Positions 1 through 19,474 of a DNA stretch of 64,000 nt are shown here, piece after piece. The stretch comes from Reclinomonas americana ATCC 50394 (lineage: Eukaryota). The notes beneath the pieces were generated by a model, which saw nothing but the letters and a program-made list of their open reading frames with translations, had not been told where the DNA came from and searched no databases. Every line of letters begins with the position of its first letter. Position 1 is the first letter of the stretch. The DNA lies in the NCBI GenBank assembly GCA_048213135.1, contig PS015309.1, positions 42,434 through 106,433 on the forward strand, written 5' to 3'. Position numbers and translations under genes: made by a program.

Positions 1-951
1 GATGGACCACTGCTCGACTGCTGCTGCGGCGGCGGGTATCCGTAGCCGTAGGCACCTCCCGGGTACCCACCACTGTTGTAGGCATCGGCCGGCGGCGGCG
101 GCGGCGGCGGTGGCGCATGCTGCTGCTGGTGCGAGCCACCGCCGCTCATTGCGTGACCAAGTGCTGTGCGAAATCGCTGCAAGTCAACACGGAACCCTCT
201 CCACGGAGAAGAAACAACACAACACACACGACGCAACAGCTGCCGATGAGCGAGCCCACAGCTGCGGCTCCGGCCGTTTTCATCTGGGGTGCAAGAGGTG
301 AGCACCGCAGCACAGCATCTCTCTGCACTTGCAAAACTGCACGCAACAAGATCACTCGCGCCACTGCTGCTGCCGCCGCCGCTGCTGTGTGGCACGTATG
401 TGCTGGCGGGCGCCGCAGGCGCATGAGTCGACGAGGCCACTGGTGGATGTGGCACCGACGGCGCCGAGCTGGCCACCGGAGCCGGTCGTGGTGGCGGGGC
501 CGACGGTGCACTGGAAGCAGGTGCCGGCGCTCGTGCACCCGAATACGATGGACGCACTACGCTGCTGCCGGCCGCACTGCCACTGGGTGCCGCCAGCGGT
601 CTGTTGTTTATGCTTGTGTAAGTCGCCTTTTTTTCCGCATAGACACATCATCATCATCCAAAGCAACAGCACCTGCTGGCCGGCGCCGACGAATGGTGCG
701 ACGACGACGCGGATCCCATAGAGGAGGCGCCGTATGCCGGGCGTGGCCTGCGTGTGTGTGTGTGCGACGAGGTTAAACAACCACGCAATCACGCGTGCCT
801 CTGGCGAACACAACCAACAGCGACGCAACACTCCCGATCCCGAGCTGCTCTTGTTACTGTGCGTGTGTGTGTATGTGCGTGGAGCACGAGAGGTGAGTGT
901 GAGTGTGCGAGACGAGACAGGGGGAGAGTGCGGCAACGGCACGCACGTCAT
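1..951 (-). CDS. 5' part of a Pro/Gly/Tyr-rich protein of unknown function; continues beyond the window start
   Basis: Manual splicing: ATG AC|gtgcgt at 951, a 15-nt exon at 830-844, then exons giving MTSGSGVPRPAYGASSMG...APPPPPPPADAYNSGGYPGGAYGYGYPPPQQQ. No diagnostic domain is visible and the middle exons are uncertain. Confidence 0.5.
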
Positions 952-1033
952 TCTGCTCTCACAATCGTGGAATATAATATGATGAGTAAAAATAGCGGGG
1001 TGGATTTTCCGAGTCAAACTTGCATGCATGCAT

Positions 1034-3972
1034 ATGGCCGCCGCCTTCGCGCCCACGCCCGTCTGCGCATGGTGTGCTTACAGCTGACGGCGAATGCACC
1101 GTTGCAAGCGAGCGGTGTCAACGGCCGTGACGACAGCGAGCCGGCTGCCGACGACGACGACGATCGTCTCTTGCAAGAACTTGCATGCCACTGGCGCGCT
1201 CGTCACTAGTGCGTCTGCCTGTGTCCACAAAGCAACAGACTCCCTCTGTCTCTCTAACTGCAAGCACAGTGCGGGCGTGATGGATCTGGTCAGCGAGGCC
1301 CGCTGGCATGCGTGGGGTGCATCCGCGCGCCCGGCTCACCACTTGGCGCTGGCGTTCTTTGTGCTGGTACGCGCACGCTTGTGTGTATGTGTGCCTGCAG
1401 GCAGTTAACTTGCGAGACTCGCGCGCCCGCAGAGTGTGCTACGACTCCGCGGGATCGGCGCCGCACTGCAAATGGTGAACGCCTGTGGTCGCACGGATGC
1501 AGAGGACGACGTGACGCCGCCACACATGGTGCTGGAGGAGTCGATGCGGTTGCGGCTGCTGATATGCATCTGCGCGGCCAGTGGTCACGTCGTGCAATGC
1601 GGTCGTCTCCTCGAGCCACTGCTGCTGAGGGATGATGGCGCCGGCGATCCGCTGCTGTACTGGGCGGCGGCCAAGATGCACGCCACCATGGGCTGTGTGA
1701 ATGAGGCAGCGCGCTTTGCGGAGCTGTGCATCCGCCAGTGCCGAGAACGGTCGTACGCGTACGCAACGCCGGTGACGGTACCGCTCTTGTGCGATGCGGC
1801 CAGTGTGTTCGAGGTGGCTCCGGAGGGTGACTTGTCGTGGCAGTGCGTCGAAGCAGTGGATGTGATCACCACGCATGAGCGTGTGCACGCCGTCGCCAGC
1901 ATGCGCCGTCCACCACCTCTGTTTCGACCCGCGGAGGCTGACGTGCGCGTTGCCGACGATGGCATGCTGATGCAGCTGGTCATCGACGCGCTGATCTTGC
2001 TGGTGCGTGTGGTCCATCGCCTCGATGACAATGACACAGTCGACGACGTCGATGGGGATCTCGTGACTGTCGCTCTGCGGCAGCTTCACGTGTGGCAGCA
2101 GCAGTTAAGTAATCGTAGCGCTGTGTCTCGCGAGCCTTTTTGAGTCTGTGCTTACGTCTGTATCGTGACTGCAGGTGCAGCGGAGATGCAGAACTGGCGG
2201 CGACGGCGTCTCAGGCGGCACGACGCACCGCATTCAAGTTGCAGCTCTTCGGAACACGACAAGCGTTGCCGGCAATGAGTGTCGGTGGCCACGGTCGCGT
2301 ATCGTCGTCGCGTCGGCTGGCCATATTTGCTCGAAAACTACGGCAACGACTCGTGCGTGACAGCTTTTCGACCGCAGCCGGCGTTGCAAGGTGGTGCGCT
2401 CATGTCTTTCTATATTCAATGGCAGCAAACACGCAGCGAGACCACGGTGACGGAGTGGCGGGAGTGGATGCGGAGTGAGGACGTGCTTCCGTCGCCGGCA
2501 AGCTCCTCCTTGTCGCGACAGCCGCACTGGCTGTTTTCCGTGTGCCGACGAATGGGCGCAGCCACTTCACTGGTTGCGTCCGTCGTCGTTCCGGCGCTGC
2601 TAGTGGCACAGCAGTGGGATGACGCCGCGGATCTGTGCAAGCGCGTGCTCAGTGTGTCGCCAACGGACGCAGAGGTATGCATCCCACGTGGCACCGATCA
2701 TGACCTTTGCATTCTGACACATCGGGGCAGGCCTTGCTTTGCCTGCTCGTCGCATGCACACAGCCGACGGCAGCAGCTGCGAAAACGATCAGTCGATTGG
2801 ACAAGCTGGTCACGTTGAGGTGTGTGCGTGCAGCGTCACAACCTCGGATATCCCCCCTGCTCAGTGTTCGTGAGTGTTGTGGGAGAACAGTGAGCAGCTA
2901 TACGAATTGGCGCCCCACCTCTTTCGCGGATGGGAGCGTCGGTGGGCGCTGTGCAGAGGCCATCTGGCTGTGGGCGCCACTGTGCAGTTCTTGCGTCATG
3001 CTGTACCTCTCCGGCGGCAGTACTCGTCTGCAGAAGATGGCCGTCTGCGCATCAGAGACATACAACGGGAGCCGCAGACATTCGCAATGCGACTGGCGGA
3101 CAAGGTACGCACTCCTTTTCCCTTCTTCTTGTACGTACGTACGTATGCGCGCGACAAAATGACCATGGTCATCAACGCAGGCGACAACTGCGGAAGTGTC
3201 AGTCGAGCTTCATCAGTGCATGTGCAGTGCGTTGCTGGGCACTGGTCTGATTACCGATGGCCTCGTGTCACTTCGCTGGGCTCTGCTGGCGGCCTGTGAC
3301 ACCCTTCCCGACCTCACTACCACTCTGCTCCGCCGTCTGTGCGACTTGCTGACCGGCGGCAGTGTGGCGTCGCTGGCGTTGACCGAGCGTGCATTGCATG
3401 CGCTGGCTGTGCAGTACACGGGAGAGGGCGTGCGTCGTGCCGACAGTTTCGTGCGTGCCTGTCGTGAAAGGATTCCCACTGCGATATATATGCATTCATC
3501 ACGATGTTCTCTGTGCAGACGACAAGCTGCAGTGTTGGCGGCAACTGGCCGACGTTGCGCATGACCTGCGTGATGACGCAATGGAGACGGCTGCGCTGGA
3601 AGAGTGGCAGCGAGTTGCGCCGGACCGTCGTCGCGTCCATTTCATCCACAATACGTTCGCGCTGACCCAAGCTCTGTGCCGCAGCTGTCGCTCTCACCGT
3701 CACCTGCGATACACGAACGACTCTCGCGCTTGTATGCCACGCTCGGCAACTTTTCCGAGGCTCGTCGCCACGCTGCGCAGGCTGGTGTCGGACCTGCACG
3801 ACTGCTGGCCCTGGCACTGTGGGAGGCGCGTGCATCAATGCAACCCCCTCGCACCAACATCGCGTCCGCGATCCCCCACTCGTCGGCCATGACTGCCCTC
3901 CTCGAATCCGCGGAGTGGCCGACCGCGAGTACCGATACCGAAGTGCTACTCGCCGCCGGAGTCTTACAATAA
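1034..3972 (+). CDS. Hypothetical multi-exon helical (possibly TPR-like) protein
   Basis: Coding-biased ORF segments (1436-2103, 2175-2390, 2480-2674, 3181-3430, up to TAA at 3972) separated by short GT-AG introns. Helical motif LLVAQQWDDAADLCKRVLSVSPTDAE. Exact start and some junctions are uncertain. Confidence 0.5.
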
Positions 3973-4066
3973 ACCAAAGAAAATTGTTTACTCTCTTCTT
4001 GCCTCTCAGTTTATGGCCGAGATGTCGGAAGCTGTGCTCGACCGCCGTTCGTCGGTAACCTTGCGC

Positions 4067-7000
4067 TTATTCATTCTCTCTAATATTCGTGGATTGATCG
4101 GAACCTGCGCGCAAGGCAAACACAGTGTCGGCAAGTCGACCACACAGGCACAAACACAGGCCGTAGGCGTGCGACTCTCACCATGCCGAACGTGTTTGAC
4201 TGCGGTCTTGATCGCGCACTTGGCGATCTTGCGTGTATAATGGTCACCTCATCACCATCGTCGTCTGCGGGTACCGCGCAAAGTGAACAACCGAGGAGAC
4301 CAAGGAGAACGCGAGAATGGGGGACACGCACCGTCGCCCACATGTCGCAGTGCCATGTCACTCTCAAAGCCCATTCGAGCACCGTTTGCTCGCAACAACT
4401 GCACAAGTCAAGAAGCGTGAGAAGAGAGCGGGTACGACACCCGCAGAGAAATCGATGCATGACGCACATCAGCGACCTCGCTGTGATCCTGCCTGACGGC
4501 GTCGCTCAGCGGCGTGTGACCCCATCGATCGCGCGGATTCGGGTCGGCGTACTTGAGCAAGTAGCGAACCACTACCATGTGCAAACCAAAAGCTTGAGCC
4601 TCACACACGCACAAACACACACAAGCACACAAATTACCTTCCAACTCTCCAGTGCTGCGGTGGCCCGAGTGGTAAAGAATGAGAGAGACACACAGACACA
4701 CAACGTAAGCAGCAATCGAGAACGCGCCAAGTGCGTGCAGAGTGCCTCACCTGGCGGCCACATGCAGAGCTGTTCGACCATCCTCGTCGGGCATGTTCCT
4801 ACACCACACACGAGGTGAGCGCTTGTGCGCACAACAGATACACCATCCCACGAAAACAACGAACACATCGGCACCGCTGTTGACCAGTTGCTCCAATTCC
4901 TCCAGATCACCTGTGCATGCGATTGCATGAGCTTGACACAGCGCAGCGAATGTGAATCACAAATTCAGCAGCACACCTGTCGACGCCAACTGACACAACA
5001 AATCGACCATGCGTTGTGTCGCCTGGTTCAGAATGCGGACAATGTTGTCGTGATGCCGTCGTCTTGCATCATCCACGGCCATGCCTCCCCACCGATCCTT
5101 GACGTTGGGCGGCACACCAGCTGCATGCATGCATGTGAACAAGAGGCAGAAAGAGTAGTGCACTACAAGCAACAAGTGCACTTGCCTTCAAGGAGGAATT
5201 CGACTACCTCGACGTGTCCCTGCGCAGGTGTGTGGTACAGTGTCAACAAACCCAAACAAACGAAAAAAACGACACACGTGCAGGAACGAAACGTTGGCAG
5301 CTGCCAGATGCAACGCCGTACTGCACATATCGAAAACAACAATCGAGTGGTCAGACACAAATGCACAATCAATAGGTCACGTGAGTGCGCAAGTTTGTGT
5401 GCCACACCGTCCGTCACAATCCGGAACTGCAAGGCACCCACAGTGGTAGCAGTGAGTGGTGAGCAAGCAACGGGGAGGCACTTCTCAAAAAAAAGTGGAC
5501 GCACTGAAGAGAGCGCAAGTGCGCGACAGTGCCTGCAGCGTGTCCAGATCGCCGGAAGCACCGGCCTCGCACAGTTGTTCACCCTGCACCACGGTGTCAG
5601 TGGTAGGTTCAGTGTTTCACCGAGCAAGCCACAGGTGCGCACCAGATTCTGTGTTTCTGTCGACGCGCCCTTGCTGATCATCCACTCGGCCACATCGTGA
5701 TGTCCGGCACGCGTGGCAAGTGCCAGCGGTGTCATGCCTGCTCGGTCGACCACATTAATGTTCGAAGTTGGCAGACTGACCAGGTACTCGAGGACATTCT
5801 GGTGTCCATTCGCTGCCGCCAAGTGGTACGCCTGGCGGTCGAGTTGTGGAATGAGACCAACACCCGTCCATATCGTCACCAACTGAGGGNNNNNNNNNNN
5901 NNNNNNNNNNNNNNNNNNNNNNNNNNNNNNNNNNNNNNNNNNNNNNNNNNNNNNNNNNNNNNNNNNNNNNNNNNNNNNNNNNNNNNNNNNNNNNNNNNNN
6001 NNNNNNNNNNNNNNNNNNNNNNNNNNNNNNNNNNNNNNNNNNNNNNNNNNNNNNNNNNNNNNNNNNNNNNNNNNNNNNNNNNNNNNNNNNNNNNNNNNNN
6101 NNNNNNNNNNNNNNNNNNNNNNNNNNNNNNNNNNNNNNNNNNNNNNNNNNNNNNNNNNNNNNNNNNNNNNNNNNNNNNNNNNNNNNNNNNNNNNNNNNNN
6201 NNNNNNNNNNNNNNNNNNNNNNNNNNNNNNNNNNNNNNNNNNNNNNNNNNNNNNNNNNNNNNNNNNNNNNNNNNNNNNNNNNNNNNNNNNNNNNNNNNNN
6301 NNNNNNNNNNNNNNNNNNNNNNNNNNNNNNNNNNNNNNNNNNNNNNNNNNNNNNNNNNNNNNNNNNNNNNNNNNNNNNNNNNNNNNNNNNNNNNNNNNNN
6401 NNNNNNNNNNNNNNNNNNNNNNNNNNNNNNNNNNNNNNNNNNNNNNNNNNNNNNNNNNNNNNNNNNNNNNNNNNNNNNNNNNNNNNNNNNNNNNNNNNNN
6501 NNNNNNNNNNNNNNNNNNNNNNNNNNNNNNNNNNNNNNNNNNNNNNNNNNNNNNNNNNNNNNNNNNNNNNNNNNNNNNNNNNNNNNNNNNNNNNNNNNNN
6601 NNNNNNNNNNNNNNNNNNNNNNNNNNNNNNNNNNNNNNNNNNNNNNNNNNNNNNNNNNNNNNNNNNNNNNNNNNNNNNNNNNNNNNNNNNNNNNNNNNNN
6701 NNNNNNNNNNNNNNNNNNNNNNNNNNNNNNNNNNNNNNNNNNNNNNNNNNNNNNNNNNNNNNNNNNNNGCATAAACACAAACACAACACGCACAAGTATG
6801 CGACAACGTACCGATCACGCAAAAAGTACACCGAAAAATACGACGCCACGCCCACGACGGCACCGATGCCCATTGCTGCGCCTGTGAGAGTGCGATATGT
6901 TGTTGCACATGAGAACCGGGTTGCACATTGACAGCAAGATCAAGAAAAGGCGCACCCGCAGACACGTAGCCACAGCCGGGTGTGATGCCTGCAAGACCGG

Positions 7001-9039
7001 CAAGCGCACCTGCGACAGACAGACGTCAGGCACAACATCGGCACCAACAAGCAAGTGAGAACACGAGCAGCGCACCATTCAAGATCTCCGTGATGTGGAA
7101 GTAATCAGTTCTGTGAGAGCACAACTTGAGCATCAGCATGCATCCGCGAAAAAGCGCCGATTGTTTACGCACCTGATGTACGCCAGAATGAGCCACACGA
7201 GGCCGGAGACACACGCCGAGACATGTGTATTGAGAGCTGTGTCGCATGCGGTGAGTGCGGAACACTCTCGTATACTGTTTTCACGCACACAACAAACGCA
7301 CCTGCTTGTACTGCGATCTTGTCGGCACGGTATGCCGAGCCGCCGTTAAAGGAGAACCACGCGGCCCAGGACAAGCACCCACCAACGACTGGAGATAAAC
7401 ATCGCAGTGAGAGTCGCGCGACAAAGGCGAGCGAAAGAGTATACAAGCGTACCAGTGAGCTGTGGAAATGCGCGGAAGAAACACACAGAACATGGGGCAG
7501 GTTAGTTGAGGTCACGTCACACACACACACACACACCGAGACAAGTGCACGCACGGGAATGTTGTGCGCTGCATGCAATATGATGTGAGCTACGCAGCCA
7601 CCAACATACAACAACGATGACGGCACGGTGTGGCGACGCAACGTCCATTGTTGTACTCGTCGAGCTCGGGTCTCCGCTCCAGCATGAGTGAAACCACCAG
7701 GGCTGACATGCCTGATGCCGTGTGGATTCTGTGAAATGCATGGAAGGCAACATGCGCAGTAGATGTTTTTGAGTACACATTCTCCTCAAGACAACACACT
7801 GGCCAGAGACGCAACGGAAAGCCGCCACCAAAGTCGAAAACGCCCCATCTGTCCCCACGGTTGTCAACTCTTGCGACAGCAGCAACAGGACCTTCTCGCA
7901 GCGTAACTGTTGCAAGAACCCGCCACCCCAGAGCGAATGCGCCACGGGGTAGTACACCAGAAGCGGGAACAGCACGCAGAACATGATGAAGGCCTTGAAA
8001 TGCAGCTTCTCCGCCTGCAGATGCGCGCATTGAGCATCGCACCCACCGCGATAGATGGCGCTCACAACACGACAAACCCAAGCGCCTGTACATAACACTG
8101 GTACGACGGCGGCAAACTGTAAGTGGAAGCTGGCAAACATGAGGCCGGGGATGGTGGGCGCTGTGTGACCGATCGACGGGATCACGATCGTAAGCAACGT
8201 GAGCCCGTGAACGGTACGGGCGCACACAACACACGCACCTGACTTGTAACATCGGTAGGTCTCGCGCAGGAGGACGTGATCCAACGATCCAATAATGCCC
8301 CAGTGATCCTCACCGACTGCGCAGCAGCACAGTCAGTTGCAGAGCACCGAGCAATGCACACCCACTCTCCAACGAAACAGGTTAATGAGTAGCCGATGCT
8401 GCAGCGTGGGAACACAACGCGTCGCGAATGAGGTACACGTGACTGACACGATGGATGCGTGCGTGTGACAATCCGACGCAGCACGCAACAGACACCACAT
8501 GATGCCGCCGATGACGACGCCCGTGAGAGACTGCATAAGCATGTTCAACCTGCACACAGCGAGAGACACAGAGAGGGGAGTGAGAGAGCGAGAGAGTGGG
8601 GAAGTGTGAGTGAGCGAATGTGACACAAATGGTGGTGCATCAGCAGCAGCGCAACGAGTTGTTGCGTCGAATGATGCCGGCTTGTGTAAGACCAACGCTG
8701 TGAGTGAGCGAACAACTGGACGTGAGACGACGCAAGCAGAGGCACGGGTCGAACGGCGATGACAATGACGAAACGCTGGCGACTGCAACATGACCTGTGT
8801 GTGTGTGTGCGCGTGTGCAAGTGGTTGAGTACACCATTGAGAGAGAGATTCGTGCAGCACTCAACGCACCATGGCAGAGCTGACCAACATCCACGCTGCG
8901 ATGAGACACGCACACACACAATCATCGATCATAAGAAGAACGAGCAAGCTGCAGCAGCAATGTGTTCTTGGCGGCAGCCACATTGCATACCAATGTCGCC
9001 GTCATCCAAGGCGCAACCGTTCTCATCGAGGCCATCCAT
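4067..9039 (-). CDS. amt: Amt/Mep-family ammonium transporter with probable C-terminal ankyrin-repeat domain (interrupted by the gap at 5890-6768)
   Basis: Spliced translation: DDGDIAWMLVSSAMVMLQSPAVGLTQAGIIRRNNSLNMLMQS...IGYSLTFG...YYPVAHSLWGGG...DFGGGFPIHTASG...HNIPLTVVGGCLSWAAWFSFNGGS...NGALAGLAGITPGCGYV. After the gap, on the same strand, ankyrin repeats (DCDGRTALHLAAANGH, DEDGRTALHVAASTG, DRWGHTPLSDA) end at TAA 4067. Continuity across the gap is inferred, and the start could lie further upstream. Confidence 0.85.
5890..6768. other. Assembly gap (others at 35232-35576, 41552-41699, 42584-42687, 44891-45163, 48882-49226, 53658-53677, 59537-59556)
   Basis: Runs of N. Confidence 1.
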
Positions 9040-9712
9040 GAGCGACGAGTTCACCGAGGATGAGTTGTGCGAGGGTGGGTGCGCAGGCTCGCGTGCGCAA
9101 CGACGACAACAACTCCACCAATCGTGAGAACAGGATGTGTGGCGCACAGCGAGCTCGCGTCGTCGGCGATCTCTGTACGCTAGCAGGCGATAGATGACAA
9201 CGCTGCGACGACGAAAGGAGCTTCGACAGAGAGTGGCCGAATCCGTCGACCGATATCTCGATCCGTGGCGATCGATTTTCTGGCTGCAGCAACCTCATGC
9301 ACACTGTCTTGACGGCCAGGTCCAACAACCACACTTTGTGCGGAAACTATTGCCTCTCCAGACCTTCTGCAACACGTAGTATCGAATACAAGGGTGTACA
9401 TGTGTTCGAATTCGTCCAGTGCAACCGGATAGACGTTCTCCACGGCCAGTGATGAGTGCTGGCCTACACGACAACTGTCACCCACAAGCTTGTCGATATC
9501 ACGACGCGGCAGATATCTTCGTCGTTTTTCCGTGGACATTCATACAGCGCTGCGAGGGAGGGAGATTCTACTGTCAATCCAATTTGTGTATGCTCACGTC
9601 CACGCGTGTGCTTCCAGTTTTCGACAACAAGGACACTCGCACTTGCTCCGTGAGCGAGAGCACAAGAGAACAGGAATAGCTGTACGGAGAGACAGTGCAC
9701 GTTGTGCTAGCC

Positions 9713-16650
<6,938 letters not shown>

Positions 16651-16764
16651 CATGCGATGTTGATAACTACCTATATCCATCAAACGAAGTAAAAAGAATG
16701 GGAGAAAACACACACACTGAGAGATAGAGAGGGGGAGAGAAAGGAATATGCGGATCGACACAGC

Positions 16765-19321
16765 TCATTCACGATGAGCCTTGGCAGACCCGACACGCGC
16801 ACCGGTGCCAGCGGCATGTGCAGGCGTGGTCATGCTCACCACAGAGAGTGTGTGCGGAGAGCCGGCGTCCATCTCCACCAAGGCCATGGGCGCGTGCAAT
16901 CCGTCTCCCCCTCCGTCTTGCAGCAGTGGTGCAGTGGCCAAGTCGCTGTCCAGAGCAGCGTGGCGATCGTACAGCCAAGCAACGTACTTTTGGTGGGCCG
17001 TCAGAGTTTCAAAATCGGCCGGCACCTCCCAGAAGGCGTCGTCGCGGTAGTACATGTCCAACGGGTATCCGCGAGTGATGAGACGCACCACGTAGCCACT
17101 CAGTGCACCAGTCGACGCGCCAAGACCAAGAGTGATGGCCAGAGCGGCCACTTGGTACGGCGCCTGATTGTCGGTGTGCGGGAACATGGCGTCGAAGCTG
17201 TTGCCGTAGTCCGCACGCTTGGCGACAGCGGTGGCAATGATCGCCGTGATGCCACCGAGGAATCCAGGCAGACCGTGCAAGCCAAGCACACCGCAGGTAT
17301 CTTGCAGGCCGATCTTGCGCTCCAAGAATGGAAGAATGTAGCGGAAGGTGAATGTCGACAGGATGCCGGCACAGAAGCCGAGCAACAGAGCACCCTGGGT
17401 GGGAGGAGGAGAGCGGGCGTTGTTAGCACAACGTACTTGGTTGTGTGCACATGTACATGACGGCGGGGCGCAACTCCAGTGCCGAGAATGAGATCGGCCG
17501 ATGCGCCCACCGCCACGCCACCGGCAAGAGTGGCATTCTGCACGTGCACCATCTCGAACTTGCCGTGGAAGAGCTTGCTCGAGGCGAACGTGCTGACAAT
17601 GCTGGCGGACAGCGACAGCACAGTGTTGATGATGGCACGGAATTGGTTTTCACCAGCAGTGGCGGCATTGAATGACGGCCAGTAGATCCACAGGAAGATG
17701 GTGCCCACCATGGCGAAGCTGTACATGTGTGTGTGTGCACACGTGCAACAATTACACACAAAGCAGCACAGCAGCAGCGCCACACGCGAGCAAGTGCACA
17801 CTCACATATCACCCTGGTAGGAGGAGGCACGGTCGGCAGAGGCCAGTGCTCGTTTGTGCGAGAGGAACCAGGTGGCTGCGAGGCCGAAGCTGGCGCCGAA
17901 CAAGTGAATCGTCATGCTGTTGTTGGGCGGAAGCGATCGCCATGGTGAGCAGACACACTTCGTCACTGCTCCTCCCCTCCTCCTTAAACGCACCTTCCAC
18001 CCACATCCACCGCGCCGACCTTGTTGATGCACACGTAAATGTTGAGGGCGTAGAAGAACATCTCGAAGATGCCGAGGTAGAATATCTGAGTGGGCGTCGT
18101 GCGGCCGATCAGCACGCCAAAGGTGATGAGGAAGGTGATGGCGGCAAAGTTGCCCTCGATGAGCCACGACGAGTTGATGCGCAGCGTGTCCCACTCGCCC
18201 GCCGCAATGCGCACAAAGAGAGCACGCATGAGGATGCCCCACTGGATGCACACGCCGGCCAGGAGCATGGTGAGGCCGACCGACCCGAATCCAAAGCGAC
18301 GCAGGAAGGTCATGAGGAAGCCAAAGCCTGTGCGCTCACACACACATGAGGTCAGGCGCCGCCCGATGACGAGTTTACGAACGCAGCGCGCAGCGGACAA
18401 GGGAAACAACAAGAACCGATGAATGTCATGATAGTGATTCCTGCACACACACACACACGGATGCAGATGAGTTCGCACACAGCACATTGTCAAGAGGAGC
18501 ATCGCACGCTCACAACTCACCAAGATAGTAGGAATAGAACGATGTCACGCGATTGGCAGGGCCGACTTGGAGAGCCGTGTCGGTGCCGTCAGAGTAGTCG
18601 ACGAGGGTGAAGTACAGCAGAATCATCAGCAGCTGGAACAGGAAGAGTGGAACACTGAGCTCCTGGTGCGCGTTGTCGCCCGCGTGGCCACTGGCACCGC
18701 CGCCGTCAACACGGCCGATGTTATCGACATCGCGCAGCAGCTCGAGAATCTGCGAATCCCGTCATCATCATCATCAATCACACACAGAGAAGGCAAGGAG
18801 TGGAGAGTGGAGAGCGGAGAGCAAAGAGAGAGAGTGTGTGTGAAGAGTGCCAGATGCGCATATGCGCGCGCAGCGTTTGCGTGCACGCACCCTCTTCCTC
18901 CGCTCGCGCACGCTGCGCAGCGACTCTTCGAGTGAGCGGCGATTCGATGTGTTCTCCATCAGCGCCGCTGTTGCGAGTGTTGTGTGTGTGTGTCAGTCGA
19001 TACCAGCACGCATGTATATGGCAAGAGAGTGCGCATCAGCAGTGCGAAAACACACACGAAACTTCCCAGCGCCTCGAGCGTCTCCAACTCCTCAGTCGCA
19101 ATGTTGGAGAGCTGCGTCTCCAGATCATCCTTCAACCTGCGAATGCGCGCACGCACACACACACACACACACAGAGGCACGCACACGAGATGAGCACACA
19201 CACTCACACACACACATGCATCATTCATCGGCGGCGTGGCGGCATTGAAAACTCTAAACTCTTACAAAACACCGGCACCTCGGTGCCGGGAGACTCACCG
19301 CGTGGTTGCTGCGTAGGCCAT
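16765..19321 (-). CDS. Rhesus-family (Rh50-like) ammonia channel
   Basis: Spliced: [86 protein letters not shown]. Both pore histidines are present. ATG at 19321 followed by CG|gtgagt. Confidence 0.93.
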
Positions 19322-19474
19322 TCTTGTGTGGGGATGCAGACACTTGTGTGCGCACGTACACCGATCTCGTGGCTCTCTCCTCCCACCCCACGTCACGGGC
19401 GAAAAACAACGCCTTCCAAATTTGGAGCGGCAGTCAATTGATTTTCCGATCATCGTGCGAGAGAGGCAACATTA

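Noticed and set aside
5163-6965. Long ORFs in the track that span N runs
   Set aside because: Artefacts of translating gaps.
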